From assembly GCA_963716475.1 (NCBI GenBank), contig OY970314.1:303226-352980 (forward strand): a stretch of DNA of 49,755 nucleotides, in the 5' to 3' direction. The translations under genes were made by a program, and so were the position numbers. Below are positions 44,487 through 49,755 of this stretch, in pieces; the first letter of the stretch is position 1; each line of letters opens with the position of its first letter. This DNA is from Candidatus Woesebacteria bacterium (GTDB taxonomy: Bacteria; Patescibacteriota; Microgenomatia; UBA8517). The notes beneath the pieces are model-generated. The model worked only from the letters and a program-made list of their open reading frames with translations, searched no databases and had not been told where the DNA came from.

Positions 44487-45461
44487 ATGAGCAAAGTGTG
44501 GATGCTCCTAATTCCGGTCGTGACATTTTTGGCTTTATTTTTCGTTTGGAGTCTGTTTGGAGCTGTGGGTAAATCAAAACAGATTAAGATTTTTGTCGTT
44601 CCACAGAATACGCAGAATTTTGATGTTGCACAAACGCTTAAGGAACAGAAATACATCAAGAATATAGGTGCTTTCCGGTTTATTTTAAATAACTTTGCTA
44701 AGGATAAAGAAATCGCCTCCGGAGGCTACAGATTAAGTCAAAATATGAATGCCTGGCAGATTATGAAAATAATTACCGGCAAGGCAGATCTTAACTGGGT
44801 AACAATATCCTTTTGCCCGCGTAAGGAACAGATAGGTGAAAAGCTGGCAGATTCACTTGGATGGAGTCAGGAAGAGATGAATATTTGGAATACAGTTTAT
44901 ACGGATACCAATTCCGAATATTTTGAAGGGGTGTATTATCCCGATACATACCTTATTCCGGTTAATGAAACGCCTTACGATGTTGCTCAAAGGTTTATAA
45001 ATCATTTTAATGAAAAAATGGCTCCATTTCTGACGCAGTTTGCAGCCAAAAATATCAAATGGACAACCGGACTTAAAATTGCCTCTCTTATCGCGAGGGA
45101 AGCTGCCGGACCGAGCGACATGAAACTGATCTCGGGAATTATCTGGAACAGGTTGAATACCGGAATGCCCTTGCAGATTGATGCAACCATGCAGTACACG
45201 TTAGGCAAAAATGCATCCGGAAGCTGGTGGGGCACAATAGACCTAGCTCAGAAAAAAAGTAGCTCTCCTTATAACAGTTATTTGAATAAGGGCCTTCCCC
45301 CGACGCCTATTTGCAGTCCCAATATTGATGCAATTGAGGCTGCGCTTAATCCCGAACCAACGAATTGCCTATATTATCTTCATGATGTTTATAAGCAAAT
45401 ACACTGCGCGAAGACTTATCAGGAACATTTAGCAAATATTCAAAAGTATTTGAATTATTAG
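44487..45461 (+). CDS. mltG: endolytic murein transglycosylase MltG (YceG-like)
   Basis: N-terminal TM helix. Motifs IASLIAREA, LQIDATMQY and YNSYLNKGLPPTPICSPN are the YceG/MltG catalytic-region signatures. Confidence 0.9.
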   Translation: MSKVWMLLIPVVTFLALFFVWSLFGAVGKSKQIKIFVVPQNTQNFDVAQTLKEQKYIKNIGAFRFILNNFAKDKEIASGGYRLSQNMNAWQIMKIITGKADLNWVTISFCPRKEQIGEKLADSLGWSQEEMNIWNTVYTDTNSEYFEGVYYPDTYLIPVNETPYDVAQRFINHFNEKMAPFLTQFAAKNIKWTTGLKIASLIAREAAGPSDMKLISGIIWNRLNTGMPLQIDATMQYTLGKNASGSWWGTIDLAQKKSSSPYNSYLNKGLPPTPICSPNIDAIEAALNPEPTNCLYYLHDVYKQIHCAKTYQEHLANIQKYLNY

Positions 45462-45478
45462 GAAAGGAGGTGGTAATA

Positions 45479-45757
45479 ATGGATGACAAAAAAGGAAAGG
45501 GTCAGACAAGCGGACAACAGTTTAATATTAATTTGGATTTAACACCGATTTTCTATACCGATAATATATTTATGACGACAAATCCGGACGGGCTTGTATT
45601 GGATATCGGGCAAAGAGTAGCCTCGACGAATCAGGTAAGAATAGTTTCAAGGATCGGTATGAGCAGAGATCATGCTAAAAAGTTTGTTAACGAACTTGCA
45701 AAGCTATTGGCCATGAGTGAAGGTAAAATTCAAACAGGGAAAGAAAGTATAAATTAA
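45479..45757 (+). CDS. DUF3467-like small protein
   Basis: YTDNIFMTTNPDGLVLDIGQRV...VRIVSRIGMSRDHAKKFVNELAKLL resembles the DUF3467 pattern. AAGGAGG sits 8 nt upstream of ATG 45479. The track start GTG 45470 lies inside the RBS. Confidence 0.65.
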   Translation: MDDKKGKGQTSGQQFNINLDLTPIFYTDNIFMTTNPDGLVLDIGQRVASTNQVRIVSRIGMSRDHAKKFVNELAKLLAMSEGKIQTGKESIN

Positions 45758-45763
45758 CGATAG

Positions 45764-47689
45764 TTAAGTTCTGTAGGGGCTATTTTTAAGAGCAGTCAAA
45801 AGACCATCAAGATTAATTGAGGCGACTGCTACAGTTGTGTCACCTGCCCCGTAGTAGACAAAAAGATTGTTAGCAATTACAACTGCTCCGCAGGAAAAAA
45901 CAGTCCCGGGACGAAGACCCGAATCTTCATAAGCGGCCTGCGGTTCAAGTATCGGATAATCCAAAAGCGCCTTTATTGTTAGCGGGTTTTTAAGGTCCAA
46001 GAGCATTGCCCCGAGCCTGTATTTCCAATCTGATTTGGAAAGACCGTGGAAAATCAATAACCAACCGTCAGTAGTTTTGATAGGTGGGGCGGCTATACCA
46101 ACTTTTTCCGAATACCATTCGTCGTTAGGTTCGAAAAGAATATTTCCCTGAATCCATCTTCCGTCACTGAAATCTAAATTTTCCTCATCAGCAACCCAAA
46201 TCCTATGATTGGTCCTGTGAAAAATAATGTATTTCCCGTTGATTTTATCGGAAATAATGCAGGCGTTTTTATCATTAAGTTCTGTCGGTGAAATTATTAC
46301 AGGGGGTGACCACTTCCAATTTTTATGCAAAAAATTAAAGACGGAAATTGTGCTCATAGCAATATGAGTCATTCCATTCTTTAAAGCTGTGTAGAATAAA
46401 TATAAAGTATTGCCTATTCTGGTTATTCTGGCATCCTCACAACCGTCCATTTCTGCGTCTATTCTTGGTTTATAAATCGGTTCATCAATTCTCTTGTCAA
46501 TATGCGTTCCATCCCTGCTTGATGCATAACCTATGGTGGAAACGCCGCTTTTACCTTGGGCTCTATATAAAATATGAACTTTATCTTCCAAATATATTGC
46601 GGCGGCATTTAATGTATATTCCGATTCCCAATCGTGCGACTTAACCGGTGAGATAATCGGATTACCGTCAAATCTTGTCAGACGTACACGTTCCTGCTCT
46701 ATTTGTTCGATCGATTTTGAGGAAGTAATCATTTCATTAATAAGTGCATCCAGGTTAACAATAGCCACCGCAGAAACCGTATCGGCTGCTCCGTAGTAAA
46801 CATACAAATCTTCTCCGCTAACAACAGCCCCGCTGGGAAAAATTGTGTACGGGACTTCACCAAAGAGTTCGTATTGTTCTTTGGGAATAAGTAATGTTTC
46901 CTTAGTACGGGCTATAATTTTTTGTAGGTTATCCGAATCCAAAATGACAGCTTCGATACCGAATTTTTTGTTAGCTGTAAAGTAGTCCCTGGTATAGGAA
47001 TGTATAAGAAGCCATCCGTATTTTGTTTTAACGGGAACTGCGCCTACTTCAACCTGATGGGAAGAATCTCTTAAAATATCTATCTTGTGGGTATCCAATT
47101 CTGCGTACCACTCATTCCATTTGGCTGTATTCCAAATGTCTTCCAGTTTGTCAAAATAAGCAACCCCGATAGATGAAGGAACGGGCGGCTTATCGGTATT
47201 TACTGTAAGAACGACAGCATATTTGCCGTTGACCTTTTCCGGTAAAAGACATGCACCTTTTGCGTTGAAAGGTGTAACCAGATGCTTATCTTCGATATTT
47301 TTAAAATCCCGTGTTACCGCCACCGCAACTTTAATGTTATCCGGTCCGAATGGAAATCCACCCAAAGCGGTATAAAAAATATAGTAATCATCACCGATTT
47401 TGGTCACTCTGGGATCTTCACAACCGTATTTTTCCCAATCGTACTCCGGGGATATAAGTTGGTGCCTATTCGTGAAGTGGATCGGATCAGGTGATTCTGC
47501 GTAGCCTATTGTAGAAATGTTAATTTCGTTGTGAAAATATGGAATTTTCGGTGAAAGAGCTCTATAGACCATTTTAAATCCCGTTGGATCTTTCCAAACG
47601 GAAGGATTAAAAGCGGCTTCAGATTCCCACTTATTTCGGGAATCAGGACCAAGAATTGGATTTTCAAATGATCTTGTTAGTTTAAGCAT
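45764..47689 (-). CDS. protein with two tandem GH130-family (beta-mannoside phosphorylase/hydrolase-like) five-bladed propeller modules
   Basis: There are two repeats of the same pattern. Module 1 reads NPILGP...WES.AAFNPSV...GYAES.D.IHF...GCEDPRVTKIGDDYYIFYTA. Module 2 reads NPIISP...WESEYTLNAAAIY...GYASSRDG.HI...GCEDARITRIGNTLYLFYTA. Each ends in ...GA.DT..AVA.....L. Confidence 0.85.
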   Translation of the reverse strand: MLKLTRSFENPILGPDSRNKWESEAAFNPSVWKDPTGFKMVYRALSPKIPYFHNEINISTIGYAESPDPIHFTNRHQLISPEYDWEKYGCEDPRVTKIGDDYYIFYTALGGFPFGPDNIKVAVAVTRDFKNIEDKHLVTPFNAKGACLLPEKVNGKYAVVLTVNTDKPPVPSSIGVAYFDKLEDIWNTAKWNEWYAELDTHKIDILRDSSHQVEVGAVPVKTKYGWLLIHSYTRDYFTANKKFGIEAVILDSDNLQKIIARTKETLLIPKEQYELFGEVPYTIFPSGAVVSGEDLYVYYGAADTVSAVAIVNLDALINEMITSSKSIEQIEQERVRLTRFDGNPIISPVKSHDWESEYTLNAAAIYLEDKVHILYRAQGKSGVSTIGYASSRDGTHIDKRIDEPIYKPRIDAEMDGCEDARITRIGNTLYLFYTALKNGMTHIAMSTISVFNFLHKNWKWSPPVIISPTELNDKNACIISDKINGKYIIFHRTNHRIWVADEENLDFSDGRWIQGNILFEPNDEWYSEKVGIAAPPIKTTDGWLLIFHGLSKSDWKYRLGAMLLDLKNPLTIKALLDYPILEPQAAYEDSGLRPGTVFSCGAVVIANNLFVYYGAGDTTVAVASINLDGLLTALKNSPYRT

Positions 47690-49511
47690 TAAGTTTTATG
47701 GTAGCGCCCAGGTTAATTGGGTCCAGGTGTGGTGAGTTGTCGAACATTAGTTCGTCCAAAAACTGGTCAAGGTTAGCTGTTGCTGCAGCAAGAAACGTAT
47801 CGCTGCCCCCATAATAAACAATGAGGGTGTTTTCGATTACAACTGCTCCGCATGGGTAGACAACGCCGGCTTTAAAACCGCCATTCTCATAATGTGTTTG
47901 CGGTTCCAAAATGGGATGTGTACATCTGTGTAAAACTTTCGAGGGATCTTTCGTATCCAAAAGCATAGCACCTATCTTATAGCGGCTATTATCTTGGAAA
48001 CCGATACCCTGGTAAATTGCCAGCCATCCATACTTGGTTTTAATTGGGGGAGGACCCATTCCTACCTTATTGCTATCCCAAAAGTCAGGCCTTGGATGAA
48101 TTCTTTGCTGGCCTTTAAGCCAGATGCTTTTCCCGTCAAAATCCAAATTGTCTACCATATCAATAAGAATATCCGGATAGATTCTATGGAAAATCACATA
48201 TTTTCCATCTACCATTTCCGGTAAAATGCAGGCGTTTTTATCTACAACCCCAGGGGGAGATATCAGTACGGGATCACTCCATTTTTCCCACTCTTTATTT
48301 TCAAAGTTTTTGACAGAAATATAACTTAAAGCAATTCTCGGGGGGTTTGTTCCGTCGTAGGCAACATATGTTAAATAAAATTTGTCGCCTATTTTAGTAA
48401 TTCTCGGGTCTTCAATTCCGCCACAGCCACCTCCTCCGGACTCAAAGGGAGAAACTTTAATATTTTTACCATATGCTGGGTGCTCAAATTTTGCCCGAGG
48501 CATATAAGCAGGTTTTTCCGATCTTTCATCGATTGTAAATCCGTCATGACTGACCGCATATCCCAGAACGGAAGTGTCGTGATCACCTACAGCTCTATAA
48601 AGCAAATGAACGGAGTTATTATGATAAATCGCGGCCGCATTAAAAACCTGCTTTGAATCCCAAATTTTGCCGGGTCGGGGGAGAAGTATTGGATTTCCCC
48701 TATTTCTTATCAGTTCAGCATGTGGCAGGCCTGATTTTTCATTGGCGTATTTCTCCAAATCATTATGGGTTACGCAGTAGACCTCTTTGCCCGGACATTC
48801 CCAGTAAGAATAGAACGTGCCGGCAAGTTCAACTATTCCGATTGGTTCTACTTTTTGATTAATCCATTCTTGAGGTTGATACCATAAAGCTCTATCCGTT
48901 TTCCACAAAACCTTTGTCGGATCCTTCTTGTCTAAAAGTACTGTATAAAGAGAATAATGACTGTGTCCTTCGTGAGAAACTTTCTGAAAATATATAAGCA
49001 ATGGTCCGTCATCACCTTCCTTAACGCTGGCTACAATGTAACTACTTTCGGGCATATCAATCGTCTTTATATTCCAAACCTTTCCGTCATTACTTAAACC
49101 AATGTTCAAGCTTTTTCCGCCAAAAAATATAATTTCCTTTCCGTCTCTTTCATAATATGGAATTTGGGTAGCGGCATCAGTAATCGGAAATAACCTTCCC
49201 ACCTTCCGCCAGGTAATGAAGTCCAGGGAAGTCGCATGTTCCAAATAATTTCGGCCTTCAAACTCTGAAAGGTAAAAGAGGTTATAAAGATCCTGAATTT
49301 TTATAAACCTGAAAAAGGAGAGTTTTTGTATGGGGGCGTCTTCTTGGGCAATTTCTATATGTGCCTCATCAGAAAGATGGGTAAACTCTTTTCCATCCTT
49401 ACTGTAATCAACGTTAAACTCGTCAGGCTTATTTGTATCACTTTGGTAACAAACAAAAATTTTCTCATCAAACGACGCAACACCTAGCGCCTTAAAGAAG
49501 GCAGTTTTCAT
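47682..49511 (-). CDS. protein with a C-terminal GH130 module and a divergent GH130/propeller-like N-terminal half
   Basis: The C-terminal half reads NPILLPRPGKIWDSKQVFNAAAIY...GYAVSHDGFTI...GIEDPRITKIGDKFYLTYVAY...YYGGSDTFLAAATANLD. The N-terminal half keeps only loose similarity (LLDKKDPTKVLW..) and has no ED.R motif. It overlaps the next gene by 8 nt. Confidence 0.8.
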   Translation of the reverse strand: MKTAFFKALGVASFDEKIFVCYQSDTNKPDEFNVDYSKDGKEFTHLSDEAHIEIAQEDAPIQKLSFFRFIKIQDLYNLFYLSEFEGRNYLEHATSLDFITWRKVGRLFPITDAATQIPYYERDGKEIIFFGGKSLNIGLSNDGKVWNIKTIDMPESSYIVASVKEGDDGPLLIYFQKVSHEGHSHYSLYTVLLDKKDPTKVLWKTDRALWYQPQEWINQKVEPIGIVELAGTFYSYWECPGKEVYCVTHNDLEKYANEKSGLPHAELIRNRGNPILLPRPGKIWDSKQVFNAAAIYHNNSVHLLYRAVGDHDTSVLGYAVSHDGFTIDERSEKPAYMPRAKFEHPAYGKNIKVSPFESGGGGCGGIEDPRITKIGDKFYLTYVAYDGTNPPRIALSYISVKNFENKEWEKWSDPVLISPPGVVDKNACILPEMVDGKYVIFHRIYPDILIDMVDNLDFDGKSIWLKGQQRIHPRPDFWDSNKVGMGPPPIKTKYGWLAIYQGIGFQDNSRYKIGAMLLDTKDPSKVLHRCTHPILEPQTHYENGGFKAGVVYPCGAVVIENTLIVYYGGSDTFLAAATANLDQFLDELMFDNSPHLDPINLGATIKLNA

Positions 49512-49624
49512 ATGTCACGTTCATTTTAGACACATTTATCAGTAATAATCAATGAATAATACTCAAATACCATTCGATTTGAACGTGCGCATGACTAGAA
49601 TTTAATAGTTTGCTAGAATGAATA

Positions 49625-49755
49625 GTGAAGAGTCAAGGGTTTGCTCATATTCTCTTATTGGTTGCGATTGGTTTGATTTTAGTAGCCGGTTATTTCATTT
49701 TTAAAGGTATAACTATTAAAACGAACCTTCCCTCGCCCTCGCCTTTTGTAGTTTC
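49625..49755 (+). CDS. 5' end of a membrane-anchored protein (partial, runs off window)
   Basis: GTG 49625 opens VKSQGFAHILLLVAIGLILVAGYFIFKGITIKTNLPSPSPFVV... The short polar N-terminus plus hydrophobic helix is reminiscent of pilin-like or anchored secreted proteins. Start uncertain. Confidence 0.3.
   Translation, partial: MKSQGFAHILLLVAIGLILVAGYFIFKGITIKTNLPSPSPFVV

Noticed and set aside
44261-44659. Minus-strand ORFs (132 aa and 67 aa) containing repeated peptides GSIWPSFAYQ / LLTRALSGQA, and the idea that the 30-bp array is a CRISPR
   Set aside because: The ORFs exist only because the tandem repeat happens to be open in the minus frames. They overlap the ends of two well-supported plus-strand genes. 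The array is not a CRISPR: the copies are directly adjacent with no spacers, there are only three units, and there are no cas genes.
1-49755. Alternative genetic code (UGA or UAG reassignment), mobile elements, prophage or defence islands
   Set aside because: All conserved housekeeping genes translate full-length with code 11, apart from the localised pheS/pheT frame breaks, and they end at all three stop codons. I found no transposase, integrase, recombinase, terminal inverted repeats, cas genes, restriction-modification or toxin-antitoxin-like gene pairs.

Overview
AT-rich, densely coding bacterial chromosome segment that reads cleanly in the standard code 11. The gene content gives me the impression of a small-genome Patescibacteria/CPR-like organism: domain-reduced aminoacyl-tRNA synthetases, an ACP relic with no fab genes, PilMNO, and stacked GH130 modules. 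That placement is inference only.

Layout:
- 0.2-1.3 kb: two Ig-like surface proteins.
- 1.3-18.5 kb: a cell-surface glycan locus. It has two O-antigen-ligase/polymerase-like membrane proteins, a WecG/TagA-type GT26, two GT2s, a Wzm/Wzt-type ABC-2 exporter and a small Bac_transf priming transferase. Wedged inside it are a PLP decarboxylase, a SAM methyltransferase, a CapK/PaaK-like adenylating ligase, an asparagine-synthase-like amidotransferase and an NitT/TauT-type ABC importer.
- 18.6-20.8 kb: pilM-pilN-pilO.
- 20.9-40.9 kb: an almost unbroken minus-strand housekeeping run. In coordinate order it holds KH protein, rpsP, rnc, ACP-like, nusB, rpmF, histidine phosphatase, recG, tyrS, M20 peptidase, serS, then pheT, pheS, rplT, rpmI, infC, ABM, thrS, typA and tRNA-Ala. 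The last block is the classical thrS-infC-rpmI-rplT-pheS-pheT order when read on the minus strand. A plus-strand class A PBP interrupts the run.
- 40.9-49.8 kb: uppP, a gene-poor 0.7 kb gap with small ORFs and structured elements, an ATP-grasp (Ddl-like) + GNAT pair, a membrane protein, a 3 x 30 bp tandem repeat, mltG, a DUF3467-like protein, and two large proteins that together carry about four GH130-like modules.

I saw no transposase, integrase, CRISPR array, rRNA or recognisable defence or toxin-antitoxin genes.

Most noteworthy:
- the ligase/decarboxylase/amidotransferase/methyltransferase plus importer set inside the glycan locus, with the amidotransferase lacking its Cys nucleophile;
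- single-base frame disruptions in both pheS and pheT;
- an ACP-like protein without the phosphopantetheine serine;
- an intrinsic terminator between rplT and pheS;
- weak T-box-like features upstream of thrS;
- the perfect 30-bp tandem repeat abutting the mltG promoter region.

Nothing here is unambiguously a new system. All functional calls rest on motif recognition by eye, not on database searches.
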